The notes: generated from the letters alone by a model not told the origin. A DNA stretch of 64,000 nucleotides from Candidatus Moraniibacteriota bacterium (GCA_016699425.1 CP064975.1:1149369-1213368); one strand, 5' to 3'; positions 21,301 through 28,906 are shown, counted from the stretch's first letter. Numbers and translations: made by a program.

Positions 21301-21769
21301 ACCGATCGTGACCATCACCCTCGCCCGCGACACCTCACTCCTCCTCGATGAAGCAGCCAGTGCTGAGCTGAAGGCCGATGTTGCCGCAGTGGACCAGGAC
21401 TTCGCCGAGACGGTCTTCGAGAGTGATGTCCGGTATATCATCACTGAGAAAGACCAGACGGGCTTCACCATCCTGCTCTCGGAGGCGGCGCCGGTCGATC
21501 TCCAGTTCAGCTGGGTCGCGCTCGCCGTGAAAGGCGCGAAGCCTTTTGTCTCGGACAAGCGTGAAACGTCAAACCAGGGAGAGAGTGAGACAGTAATACC
21601 GGTACCGGAACCCGCGACCCCTCCATCTCAAGTAGGGGTGGAACCAGAACCGGCACCGACGCCACTCCCCGAGACCCTGCCCGCGGATACCTCATCTGAC
21701 GAAGCGTCTCCTCCAGACACGGATCCACCGGTGGCCTCCTCGGACATCCCGCCCTCGGGCACCATCTAA
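12374..21769 (+). CDS. Giant (3131 aa) cell-surface fibre/adhesin-like protein
   Basis: Uninterrupted ATG ORF. N-terminal signal-anchor. Long Thr/Gly/Ala-rich beta-strand repeats (ITGAGAITGATGIT...). A large internal repeat pair. A LamG/concanavalin-like segment at about 18.8-19.5 kb. A Pro-rich C-terminal tail. Confidence 0.85.
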   Translation: MLSPKKHKLKSKNIQRSFRRYFPGVVGFFLLTLASFLIATDIDAATGINKQISFQGKVVNTNGTNVSNGSYNFLFCLYTTASPATPCTAGSNNDAVWRESKSLTVTDGIFQSNLGDTTALPGSVDFNTDNIYLGINFNSDGQMSPLVRFTAAPYAMNAAKVGGLTVTDTTGTLTIPNAKTVQFADAFTTTGAFPLTLTSTASTTATLPSGTITLVDLATSQSLTNKTIGSTGLTFSGASTDITTATGEDLTVVANGAGIINLNDSVTTGALTISGATTDITTASGESLVIVANGAGVVDIQDATTVDSLTADTGGVSIASGQSYTGAGAVTLSSAATTALTVDSGTTGALNLGTSNNAKTISLGTGTAGNTINVGTDNTTKDTINIGSALDDVAITGDQWSITNAGVLTVVSCSGCGGGGGTLDSAYTAGNTITTDSGNNVIITLQEVATPTSFVVENQDTAGVSAERVFNSIASGTLTNGLLIEQAGAGTMTNAIQIAETAGTITDGILITGTLGNILNSPSLDITGAGAITGATGITSATGDITATAGNIVLNSTTRISNAGVGTFITGTVIGSQTFTTNNIADSGALTIASAAASALTLNSGTTGTIDIGTDASAETINIGNTGAAVKTIAIGNNSQANTITIGDASATSVSITDNNWSISTAGAGAFTSLSSTGAIAANGGITFDNTSDTVGSFTSSGTILMNSNILQDIGNTGTDFIASTGALTLAGVLTANGGITLAGSQSFAASALSYMDLGLITHSTTANQGLRLPNAASATPSNPTSGEGYLAWDAAGNQLITYNGSAWTTLTGSASDLQTAYNTDADGSNATISLTAADDGLIITNPTSAGNNLSAFTLQVSQLNTTAAITAIDIIQASNAANGVDITANAIDTETALAVTANVLTSGRALTLASSSVAFTGALESITLSGSNAANTGNLLLIADTGALNTTTSFKVTANGAATQVAALIENTGSGTSFRVNDVASDTDPFLIDATGNVGIGDATPNTILDVLSSGAADTVFTLANTNAGDFDPIVKFELTEGTPLFTLGIDDSDSDKFKIYSGDGLASGDEFVIDASGTTTIANLNLGATSFDTDAGAVTWIDMPVTSGAADNTVESYTSQLDGQSMLTVYALSDGAGSIDTRRVQLGDGGAGVAQPVLLGLDVRTGTGDPTDGFEGAMYYNTTDNVFRCYQNTGWTNCIGSGGSTDLQTAYNTDADGTNATISLTAADDGLIITNPTSAGNNLSAFTLQVSQLNTTAAITAIDIIQASNAANGVDITANAIDTETALTVTANALTTGRGLSIDAGNTMTTGGALSISGTTYVHGAETGSLVSLAVTDATTAAVTSTTNTLLVSPTINAPSGAATRTISGVSVTPTTTACAAGTCAVNGFNVGAITEGADAARFASTALNIGTGWDTFLDTASLDITGAGAITGATGVSTTTVTASSTIAANGGITFDNNTDTVGSFTSSGTILMNSNILQDIGNTGTDFIASTGALTLAGVLTANGGITLAASQTFTGSSLSYMDLGAITHGTTAVQGLRLPQAASASPSSPSSGEGYLAWDAGGNQVIYYNGAAWATFGAGGGYNLIKDEASSLTARTTLAFLGAGVSCADNASQTECTISGGAGSDLQGTYGADADGSNATISLTSADDSLVIRNPSSAGTDSAFTFKVEQLNTGIDNDVIYADNRGTGDGLRIDDTSGDTTPFIVDQHGRVGIGTASISGNASTERLLQVGSETTRGNSATYGEIISKGLNRHTALTNIQDIFVYDTTGDSDGGRWIDWATTDNLSWYSETLDDGPNDPCNIASDDRCYNSSFPRKAILVVTTDALYIFDAATNDMWMKFSQNASGYALGVDTNNDPSSVHALNGVVYVGANGTSAGGLYAIDFVNDRMWNYGGTNRSAADTGISGRNAAVTYNVDSNAKLEISPVGTQAEWERVNDVHAVVMSRTQSAVTALGSATNTNPGYGKVFIGLATDSGVTIINPSGQVLNQYSDVTADDYTAVALSSRGFMYALNTTQDQLERWDTIDTDKASEVNGTFSRKWDETIGTGPALASATFNIVAGMPDNLEIAERASNNLNTEDVIYVGHSLGMAELHEHTTQAFGWVKHYNATRQTPMMMLAGINDMVLPMDDTSGTQAQDLAIANTDMAIKGTPTLGVNGVQGKAINFDNTDDYLCSDNDQNNTCDVDTAFNMSTVGWTLSLWFRHSTTAPASGVDMLFEKCVTATPGQAIGCVAAYMTTTGVVVVANDDDATWTQGSSYDITATSTYAYNDNQWHNLIITRTNANDVDSWIDGQGMNLSTATGLTATFDGSQIVSIGASCVTTVTANCGAATNFWDGQIDDVQYIVGTTTQATMTQLYVRRYFNVERPRASKKTVSVTNATSASSTSLTDTGEAWYVNEFAGQIVEITGSDDADCIGITRRISSNTATALTFTPAVPGACTMDTSADFRIDPEKLYGASSSIAGIGITAETPLGEARQLCVGTNSGTDTGGVTCYNHQDGPSIVADVYHSQASKTDDSGTDWTGTDYDDIRAVDLSSRTLIIASEGHFTSRTEDVRLGQGLEYISNQLYAIRQEIVLDGITAVGSTGSEIGFTGGADLAERYYSNEALVAGEVVAIDSSLEAGVKKTVGAYQRDVLGIVATTPGIVLGAEAENGYPIALVGRVPVKVTNENGQIYAGDRVTAASRPGHAMLATQAGRVIGQALGDAVDWTVCEGEDPLNHDAVLCTTVMVFVNLSDYYGQPVELAMAARDAADAALAPEVGDEELGLSGAGTTVRLVTAAPTREEKIMAFLKEIRDERAQSNAAPSEVFTDRVAASTEIITPKLIVDEIFAKSIKADSIEGLSIWTDQIASLQEKYAGLEAAPLTDTTGTSAVPPSLAVAMKQLATDSITVQLDGSILGKLSVEGALRIGGDAQFDGNTVFARLASFLGDTLFQGKVFFEQAPTFGSNTAGFALIEQGAKHVRVSFDESYEEQPIVTITLARDTSLLLDEAASAELKADVAAVDQDFAETVFESDVRYIITEKDQTGFTILLSEAAPVDLQFSWVALAVKGAKPFVSDKRETSNQGESETVIPVPEPATPPSQVGVEPEPAPTPLPETLPADTSSDEASPPDTDPPVASSDIPPSGTI
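14822..15075 (+). repeat. Intragenic repeat unit B, copy 1 (DLQTAYNTDADG...IDTETAL module)
   Basis: Roughly 90% nucleotide and near-identical amino-acid match to 15995..16250. A second module (ANGGITFDN...YNGSAWTT) also recurs, at about 14397-14810 and 16720-17110. Confidence 0.8.
15995..16250 (+). repeat. Intragenic repeat unit B, copy 2
   Basis: See copy 1. Synonymous-site divergence suggests an old duplication maintained at the protein level. Confidence 0.8.
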
Positions 21770-21770
21770 A

Positions 21771-21857
21771 CCCTCCCGCCATCTGGTCCTGTCATCGACT
21801 CCGAGGTCGCTCAGACTCGAAGAGAGCCAGTCGAAGGGGAGGGTTTTTGTTTTGTTT
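21771..21857 (+). terminator. Possible terminator after the giant gene (long-loop stem CCCTCCC/GGGGAGGG plus TTTTTGTTTTGTTT)
   Basis: Complementary 7-8-mers separated by about 58 nt, followed by a long U-rich tract. Confidence 0.3.
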
Positions 21858-22473
21858 CCACTTTCCATTCGTACACTCAATAATCCTTTAATCCTTCCAT
21901 TTTCTTTTGACAGCGGGTTTTATGTCTCTTTCTTTTCATACGCAAGTCCTTCCCACTTTCTTTGTGCAGACAAAGAAAGTTCCAAAGAAAACTGCCGCCC
22001 GGTTTTCAGCTCGGAGAGTTTCTCGATTGACTCCGACCATTTCCTCTCGAGGGACTGAGGAAATGGCTACTCTCCGCCAATCGGAAACCCTCGCCTCGCT
22101 TGTCACCAAGGGCGTATAGGGAAATCGAATGCATTCGCATAGAGAGCGGTCTTTTTGGATTCGAATTTCTGAAATCACCCATTGTGGAAGGTGAAACGAT
22201 TGCTCTATGGCCAGAAGATCAGGGCTTCATCAGTCCCTCGCGATGAAGCCCCTGAAGGCCATAGCCAGCAATCGCATGAACCGAGAACACGGGTGCGCTT
22301 TTCTTTGGTTCGTTTCTTTGTGCGGATAAAGAAATGAACGAAGACCCTTTTCTGTTAAAAGAAAGTGGAACATATCTCTGGCTCCCGCTCCCGGTAGCAT
22401 GTCATTGAAGCGAGGTGATCGGGAATTTCGTTAACGGGGCTTGATAGAAGGAAAATATGCTAGAATTATTCTT

Positions 22474-23472
22474 ATGAATGCGAAGATTTTTACTGCGCTT
22501 GCGGCGCTTTTTGGTGTCGGTCTCATCGGTGGCTATGTCCTGCGCGATGTATGGGACGCTCGCCAGACGACTGCGACTGCGGAAATGGACAGCACCTCGA
22601 GACAGGTCCGCCAAATGGGGCAGTATACCTATACCAATCCGCTCCTGGAGTGCGAGGTGGCTGAAGGGACGCTCGATGCTCGGAAGGAAAACTTCCATGA
22701 TGCCCTAGAAAAGTATGTGCGTCAGCTGAAAATCGAGAGAAAACTGTCGGATGTCGCCGTCTATTTCCGTGATCTGAATAATGGTCCGACCTTTGGCATC
22801 GGGGAACGAGGCGAGTTTTTCCCGGCGTCGCTCCTGAAAGTGCCGATCATGATGGCGTACTACCACCTCGCTGAGCAGAATCCATCCATCCTCGGCGTGG
22901 AGATCCGTTTCGAGAAACCGGTTGACTTTGACATCACGCCGACTATTTTACCCCGTGAATCGCTCGTCGTGGGTGAATCATATACGGTCGATGACCTCGT
23001 CCGGCGGATGATCGTCTACTCGGACAATCAGGCACTGTCTCTCCTCTCGGCCCGCCTCCCGCTAGCCGTCCTCCAAGACCTCTTCGCGATGCTCGACGTC
23101 GGTGGGGACGTGCTGGCCGATTCCGAGGCGAAGCTGACCGTGAAAGAGTATGCTGGATTCTTCCGTATCCTCTTCAATAGTTCGTATCTCTCGCGCAATT
23201 TTTCCGAAAAGGCGCTCGCGCTGCTCGCCAAGACGGATTACGCTGACGCGCTCCCAGCTGGTGTACCGTCCGACATGATGATTGCGCACAAATTCGGCGA
23301 AGCGGGGACGGAGGATGCCGAACGGCAACTCCATGACTGCGGTATCGTCTACTTCCCCGACCATCCGTATCTCGCCTGCATCATGACGCGGGGCAGCAAG
23401 GCGGAGGATCTGAAGGACACCATCGTCGACGTCTCGAAATTTATCTATGAGAAAATCGATGAACAGTACTAA
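22474..23472 (+). CDS. Class A beta-lactamase-like serine hydrolase with an N-terminal TM anchor
   Basis: SxxK (PASLLK), SDN (VYSDNQA) and KTG-like (HKFGEAG) motifs. The ORF track starts at TTG 22441; the ATG is at 22474. Confidence 0.6.
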   Translation: MNAKIFTALAALFGVGLIGGYVLRDVWDARQTTATAEMDSTSRQVRQMGQYTYTNPLLECEVAEGTLDARKENFHDALEKYVRQLKIERKLSDVAVYFRDLNNGPTFGIGERGEFFPASLLKVPIMMAYYHLAEQNPSILGVEIRFEKPVDFDITPTILPRESLVVGESYTVDDLVRRMIVYSDNQALSLLSARLPLAVLQDLFAMLDVGGDVLADSEAKLTVKEYAGFFRILFNSSYLSRNFSEKALALLAKTDYADALPAGVPSDMMIAHKFGEAGTEDAERQLHDCGIVYFPDHPYLACIMTRGSKAEDLKDTIVDVSKFIYEKIDEQY

Positions 23473-23492
23473 CCACTGGGCCAAAGAGTTTG

Positions 23493-23512
23493 GTGTGATG
23501 GTATACTAGAAG
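23493..23512 (+). promoter_or_regulatory. Extended -10 promoter motif GTGTGATGGTATACT, 9 nt upstream of the ATG (likely leaderless mRNA)
   Basis: Shares a 14-mer with 5323..5341. TATACT at 23503-08. Confidence 0.5.
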
Positions 23513-23516
23513 AGCT

Positions 23517-24257
23517 ATGGAAAGAAACCTGAAACCACGCATGGACCCGCTCTCGGGACAGGAATCTCGCTCGCGGCGTTCATCGAGCCGATTTTCCCCG
23601 GCTGTTCTCATCCTGACCGCGGCGCTGCTCGCGGCGCTCGGTGTGGCCGGCTACTTCTACTATCAGTATCGCCAGTCACCCAAAGTCCAAAGTGTCGGAG
23701 AGGTGAAGGACCTGAAAGAGGAGATCGGTGCCGTGTTCGAGCTCCCTACAGATGAGGAACCGACGCTCGCCACCGTGACCGACCGCGACAAGCTCGCTGA
23801 GCAGCCCTTCTTTCAAAAGGCTGAAAATGGCGACAAAGTGCTCATCTATTCGGCTTCCGGCCGAGCGATCCTGTATCGTCCGAGTACGAAGAAAATTGTC
23901 GATGTGACTTCGGTGAACGTCAATCAGCCGGCTGTTCCGGCACCCGCGGCTCCGGTGGCTGAGGCAGTGCCCGTGATCGTCCGCGTCGCCATCCTGAACG
24001 GTTCGACGGTGGCTGGAGCGACCGCTGCCGCTGAGGCGAAGCTGAAGGCGGCCCTTTCCAATGTCGCGGTCACGACCAAAGCGAATGCTGCGAAGCGTAC
24101 CTATACCGAGACGATAATCGTCGACGTAGCCGGCCAGCATGCCACGGCTGCCGCCGACATCGCGGCCGCCCTCGGCGGATCAGTCGCCGGGTTGCCAGCG
24201 GGGGAGACAGCTCCCTCAGACGCCGATGTTCTCGTCATCGTGACGAGTGGAGAGTAG
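23517..24257 (+). CDS. Membrane-anchored LytR_C domain protein (second paralog)
   Basis: TM helix AVLILTAALLAALGVAGYFYY. C-terminal VRVAILNGSTVAGATAAAEAKLKAA...KRTYTETIIVD. Confidence 0.6.
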   Translation: MERNLKPRMDPLSGQESRSRRSSSRFSPAVLILTAALLAALGVAGYFYYQYRQSPKVQSVGEVKDLKEEIGAVFELPTDEEPTLATVTDRDKLAEQPFFQKAENGDKVLIYSASGRAILYRPSTKKIVDVTSVNVNQPAVPAPAAPVAEAVPVIVRVAILNGSTVAGATAAAEAKLKAALSNVAVTTKANAAKRTYTETIIVDVAGQHATAAADIAAALGGSVAGLPAGETAPSDADVLVIVTSGE

Positions 24258-24390
24258 CTGCTAGATACTGTGCTTGGGCTGCCTGGGATATGCATCAGGG
24301 CAGCTTTTTGTTTTAGACCCCTCCCCCCGTATAATAGAGGGAGTCATTGCTCGCCGGTGGCTTTCAGAGTAGGATATCCAGACTATATAT

Positions 24391-26259
24391 ATGAGTACTA
24401 CGACCGAAGACATCAAATCCCGCCTGAACATCGTCGACGTGGTCGGCCAGTACGTGAAGCTGCAGAAGGCTGGGTCACACTGGAAGGCGAATTGCCCGTT
24501 CCACCAGGAGAAGACGCCCTCTTTCTCCGTGAACGAGGAGCGCAATATGTGGCACTGTTTCGGCTGTGGCAAGGGCGGGGATGTGTTCGCGTTTGTCATG
24601 GAGATCGAGGGGCTCGAATTTCGGGAGGCACTGAAGCTCCTCGCGGAGAGAGCCGGAGTCGAGCTCCCAGAGTATCATGGCAGCGGCCGGCCGGCCGGCG
24701 AGACCAAGGATCGCGGACTGGAAATATTGGAGCTTGCGACGAAATTCTATGAGAAACAGCTCTGGGAGAGCGAGCGTGGCAAGGCGATACTCGCCTATCT
24801 CCATAAACGCGGACTGACCGACGAATCCATCCGCACCTATCGGCTGGGCTATGCGCCGGATGGCTGGCGTTTCATTTTTGAATTTCTCCTGAAACGAGGG
24901 TATAGCGCAGACGAAATAGAACGTACTGGCCTGGTCATTCGTAAAACCAACAACCAACAACCAACAACCAGCAACACGGATCCCTCCCAACCCACAACCC
25001 ACAACCTACAACCCACAACCTCTGGTTACTACGATCGCTTCCGTGACCGGATCATGTTTCCGATTGGTGATATCTTGGGCCGCCCAATCGGTTACTCGGC
25101 GCGGGTCGACCCAGGCGGTGATGAGACTCAGGCAAAGTATATCAATACGCCCGAGACGAACCTGTACCACAAGAGCCGAGCACTCTATGGTCTCGCCCTT
25201 GCCAAACAAGCGATCAAAGAGGCGGGACGGGCGATCCTCGTCGAAGGCAATATGGATGTGATCGCACTCCATCAGGCGGGGCTGGCCAATGTCGTCGCAG
25301 TGTCTGGGACGGCGCTGACTGTTGAGCAGCTCGGGATATTGAAGCGCTATGGGAAGAAACTCGCCCTGTTCTTCGATATGGACAAGGCGGGACAGGCAGC
25401 GGCCTGGAAGAGTGCCATCCTCGCGTTTGGTCTGGACTTCGCGGTCGAAGCCGTCGCGCTCTCGAGTGGCAAGGACGCGGCTGATATGAACCGCGAAGAC
25501 CCGGAGCAGTTGCGTGCCGCCGTAGCGGATGCCCAGCCGGCGATGCGGTACTTTCTCGATTCGCTCCTCCGGGATGCTGATGCCGGGAGTCAGGACGGCA
25601 AGAACCAAATCGTCGAACGCTATGCTGAGCTCTTGGCCGCGACTCAGAATGAGCTCGATCGATCGCACTGGACCAAGGAACTCGCGGCCGCCATCGGTGC
25701 TGAACCAAAGGTCGTCCAGGCAACGGTCGAAAAAGTCTTTCGCTCGCTGCAACGCGGCGATCACTTCATCGAAAGCCGTCCGAGTGGGACCTTTCTCCCG
25801 AAGACTTTTGGCCGTCGATCGGAAGTCTTGCGTGAAGGACTCATCGGTCTCATGCTCGCCAGTCCGACGGCGCAAGAGGTCGTCGCGCTTGAGACAGACA
25901 GAGCCGTCTCGGACTTTCTCGCGCTCCACCCGATCGCTTTCTTCATTCGCAATAATCCATCGGATCCGATCGCCGCGATCGAGGATCGAACCCTTCAGAG
26001 TCTCGCGAGTGATATCTTGTTCCGGACACTCGAGCTCCCCAGTTTGCGCGCGGCCGAAGAGGAGAGAGAAACGGTCGCAGCGAATATCACAGGTGAATAT
26101 CTTCGCGACCTGCGGTCCGAATTGCATGAAAAGGATGAACGTCTCGCCCTCGGGCGCGCGATCGAAGCCGCTCGACAGGCTGGCGACAAAAAGGAGGAAC
26201 GTCGTCTTTTCGAGGAATTTGCTCGACTGACCAAGGGCGATGCTTCCCAGAACGGGTGA
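24391..26259 (+). CDS. dnaG: DNA primase
   Basis: CHC2 zinc-finger (CPFHQEKTPSFSV...WHCFGCG), TOPRIM region, position directly upstream of rpoD. Contains a low-complexity insert NNQQPTTSNTDPSQPTTHNLQPTTS. Confidence 0.9.
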   Translation: MSTTTEDIKSRLNIVDVVGQYVKLQKAGSHWKANCPFHQEKTPSFSVNEERNMWHCFGCGKGGDVFAFVMEIEGLEFREALKLLAERAGVELPEYHGSGRPAGETKDRGLEILELATKFYEKQLWESERGKAILAYLHKRGLTDESIRTYRLGYAPDGWRFIFEFLLKRGYSADEIERTGLVIRKTNNQQPTTSNTDPSQPTTHNLQPTTSGYYDRFRDRIMFPIGDILGRPIGYSARVDPGGDETQAKYINTPETNLYHKSRALYGLALAKQAIKEAGRAILVEGNMDVIALHQAGLANVVAVSGTALTVEQLGILKRYGKKLALFFDMDKAGQAAAWKSAILAFGLDFAVEAVALSSGKDAADMNREDPEQLRAAVADAQPAMRYFLDSLLRDADAGSQDGKNQIVERYAELLAATQNELDRSHWTKELAAAIGAEPKVVQATVEKVFRSLQRGDHFIESRPSGTFLPKTFGRRSEVLREGLIGLMLASPTAQEVVALETDRAVSDFLALHPIAFFIRNNPSDPIAAIEDRTLQSLASDILFRTLELPSLRAAEEERETVAANITGEYLRDLRSELHEKDERLALGRAIEAARQAGDKKEERRLFEEFARLTKGDASQNG

Positions 26260-26304
26260 AATTTGCTAGCCTGAGCCTACAAAACGGTAATCTCTTTGCT
26301 CACT

Positions 26305-27615
26305 ATGGCCAAAAAACCGCTGAAAAAGAAGAAGCCGACGCCGAAGAAACCGGCTTCCAAGAAGAAGTCAGCCAGGAAACCGGCTCCGAAAAAGCCGGCC
26401 AAGAAGCGACCGGTTGCCAAGAAGACGCCGCGGAAGGTGAAAAAATCAGCCCCGAAAAAGAAGCCCGTTGCCAAGAAGCAGTTGTCTCCGAAGAAGTCTG
26501 TAGCAGGGAAGAAACCCTCACGTGGGGAGTTGGCCCAAAACGCTTTTGATGAACTGATCAGCCGTGGCAAGCAGCGCGGCTTTGTCACCGAAGACGAGAT
26601 CATTCACATCCTCCCGGATATCGAGCAGGACCTCGATGGTCTCGAAAATCTCTATGAGCAGCTCGAGACTTCCGGCATTCGCATCGTCGGTTCCGAAGAA
26701 ATGTTGAAGGTCCATGAAGAGAAAGAGGAAGTCGTTGAAAAGGGGAAGAAGAAAGACAAGATGATGGACTTGGGCGAGAGCGATGATGCCTCGGACTTGG
26801 TCCAGATGTATCTGAAGGAAATTGGCCGCGTGACCCTCCTCACGGGCGATGAAGAGGTGAAGCTCGCCAAGGCCATCGAGAAGGGTGACCTCGTCGCGAA
26901 ACAGCGGCTGACCGAGGCCAATCTCCGACTCGTCGTTTCGATCGCCAAGAAGTATGTCGGCCGTTCGCACAATCTGTCACTTCTCGACCTCATTCAAGAG
27001 GGGAATATCGGCCTCTTCCGGGCGGTGGAGAAATTCGATTACCGCAAGGGGTTCAAGTTTTCGACGTATGCGACCTGGTGGATTCGCCAGGCGATCACTC
27101 GGGCTCTGGCCGACCAGTCCCGCACCATCCGCATCCCGGTCCACATGGTGGAGACGATCAATAAGTACGCCCAGGTGACCCGACGTCTCGTCCAGGAGCT
27201 CGGGCGTGAGCCGCTCGCCGAGGAAATCGCGGCTGAAATGAATCTGGAAGTCGACAAAATCCGCCATATTCAGAAGATCTCGCAGGAGACGGTCTCACTC
27301 GAGACGTCCGTCGGTGACAATGATGATGACTCCGTGCTTGGTGACTTTATCGAAGATACCGAGACCGTCATGCCGCACCAGATGGCGGCGCGTAAGCTCT
27401 TGCGCTCCCATATCGGAGCCATCCTCGACGAGCTCACCCCGCGCGAGCAGAAGATACTCCGGATCCGGTTTGGATTGGAAGATGGTGTCACCCACACGCT
27501 CGAGGAAGTTGGACAGGAATTCGGCGTCACCCGCGAGCGTATCCGTCAGATCGAAGCCAAGGCACTCGAGAAAATCCGTGAACATGACCACCTGAAAAAG
27601 CTCCGAGATTACTAA
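26305..27615 (+). CDS. rpoD: RNA polymerase primary sigma factor with a Lys-rich N-terminal extension
   Basis: Regions 1.2-4 ([12 protein letters not shown]..., [13 protein letters not shown]..., [15 protein letters not shown]..., C-terminal HTH). About 60 N-terminal residues of KKPxxKK repeats. ATG at 26305. Confidence 0.9.
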   Translation: MAKKPLKKKKPTPKKPASKKKSARKPAPKKPAKKRPVAKKTPRKVKKSAPKKKPVAKKQLSPKKSVAGKKPSRGELAQNAFDELISRGKQRGFVTEDEIIHILPDIEQDLDGLENLYEQLETSGIRIVGSEEMLKVHEEKEEVVEKGKKKDKMMDLGESDDASDLVQMYLKEIGRVTLLTGDEEVKLAKAIEKGDLVAKQRLTEANLRLVVSIAKKYVGRSHNLSLLDLIQEGNIGLFRAVEKFDYRKGFKFSTYATWWIRQAITRALADQSRTIRIPVHMVETINKYAQVTRRLVQELGREPLAEEIAAEMNLEVDKIRHIQKISQETVSLETSVGDNDDDSVLGDFIEDTETVMPHQMAARKLLRSHIGAILDELTPREQKILRIRFGLEDGVTHTLEEVGQEFGVTRERIRQIEAKALEKIREHDHLKKLRDY

Positions 27616-27626
27616 GAGAGAGCACC

Positions 27627-27649
27627 CGCCCCCAATTTCGGGGGCGTTT
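27627..27649 (+). terminator. Weak terminator-like hairpin after rpoD
   Basis: CGCCCCC-AATTTC-GGGGGCG followed by TTT. Only 3 U. Confidence 0.3.
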
Positions 27650-27653
27650 ATCT

Positions 27654-28130
27654 ATGCCACATATCCATACCGAACCGGGCCAGATTGACTCCATCGCCGA
27701 GGTGTTTGTCGTTCATCGGGACCGAGTACTCATCCGATTCCATGAGAAATACCATATCTGGATCGCCCCGGGTGGACACATCGAACTCGATGAGATGCCG
27801 GAAGAGACGGCTGTCCGTGAGGTCAAAGAAGAAACGGGTCTCGACGTGGCACTCTATACCGGGAACCGACTGCCAGCAGAGCGTGGAACAGGCCGACTGC
27901 AACCGCTCACTCCACCGATGTTTATGAATGTCCATGTGGTGAATGCGAACCATCGCCATCTCGTGTTTGTCTACTTCGCGACGACCGAGACGGACCAGAT
28001 CGTCCAACCTGAGACGCATGAGAAGTCTGATTGTCGTTGGATGAATCGGGGAGAAATCCTGGCGGCGACGGATATGGAGGAGACTATCAAGTCCTACGCT
28101 TTGAAGGCGCTTGAGATACTCTCGGTCTAG
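27654..28130 (+). CDS. NUDIX hydrolase
   Basis: Nudix box GGHIELDEMPEETAVREVKEETGL. Confidence 0.8.
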   Translation: MPHIHTEPGQIDSIAEVFVVHRDRVLIRFHEKYHIWIAPGGHIELDEMPEETAVREVKEETGLDVALYTGNRLPAERGTGRLQPLTPPMFMNVHVVNANHRHLVFVYFATTETDQIVQPETHEKSDCRWMNRGEILAATDMEETIKSYALKALEILSV

Positions 28131-28186
28131 GCTCATTTGTCCAATGGGGTTGCATTTGCTAACCTACACTCTCCACTTCGGAGATC

Positions 28187-28750
28187 ATGTTCATTCACAA
28201 GGAGGCAATGATGAATACTATCCTTCGGGAATTAACCTATCCGTTGGATATACCGAGGACGTATCTCGCGATGATCTGGGGGAGTATCGATTCTCGGGAG
28301 TACCAAAGAGTCTTTATTCAGACACCGACAGGCTCGATCGATGCCACGGACGGAGGGAATTTCTCTTGTGCCATCTATGTATCATCAGTCCTTTCACGGT
28401 GCGGTCTTACGACGGGGGGTATGCACGCAACTGTTGCTGAGACGATTCGCGATATGTGTGAGTCTGGCTGGCATGAGGTGTATTACTCATCGGATACAGT
28501 ACACTCGTTGCCCACGGGCTGCGTCATTCTCTGGGGTGAGGCTGGCACGTGTTCTGACGGTAGACTGCATCGGCATATCGGGTTCTACGTTGGGAATGGC
28601 GAGGCAGTCAGTAATCATCCCGTCGACCGGGTCCCGAGGCGGCACCATATAACCTTTGGTGAAGATGAAAATGGTGCGCCAGTGCGTCCAGTGGTGCGGG
28701 TGTACCACAATACTTTGCTCTGGAGAGACACGCCTGTCCCCGGTGTATAA
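28187..28750 (+). CDS. Papain-like cysteine peptidase/amidase (NlpC/P60-CHAP-like)
   Basis: Candidate Cys (GNFSCAIYVSSVL) and His (HIGFYVGNGEAVSNHP) spaced as in NlpC/P60-type hydrolases. Confidence 0.35.
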   Translation: MFIHKEAMMNTILRELTYPLDIPRTYLAMIWGSIDSREYQRVFIQTPTGSIDATDGGNFSCAIYVSSVLSRCGLTTGGMHATVAETIRDMCESGWHEVYYSSDTVHSLPTGCVILWGEAGTCSDGRLHRHIGFYVGNGEAVSNHPVDRVPRRHHITFGEDENGAPVRPVVRVYHNTLLWRDTPVPGV

Positions 28751-28906
28751 TTGGACGGATCGATTCGAGCTCCTGAGCTTTCCTTGAAGGGTAGCCGCCG
28801 CGACGGTTGCCTTTTTTCTTTTCTTCCCTATAATGAGAACGTTGCCTACGAGGCAGCTTAACAATCGAATATTCCGGCGTAGCTCAGTGGTAGAGCAGGT
28901 GACTGT

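Noticed and set aside
25006-26127. 373-aa minus-strand ORF (and similar long antisense ORFs at 18395-19435, 19526-20083, 20923-21558, 364-822, 13747-14595)
   Set aside because: They lie antisense within well-supported plus-strand genes (dnaG, giant protein, pilC) in GC-rich DNA. They are low-complexity Arg/Pro/Ser-rich translations with no domain signal, typical shadow ORFs.
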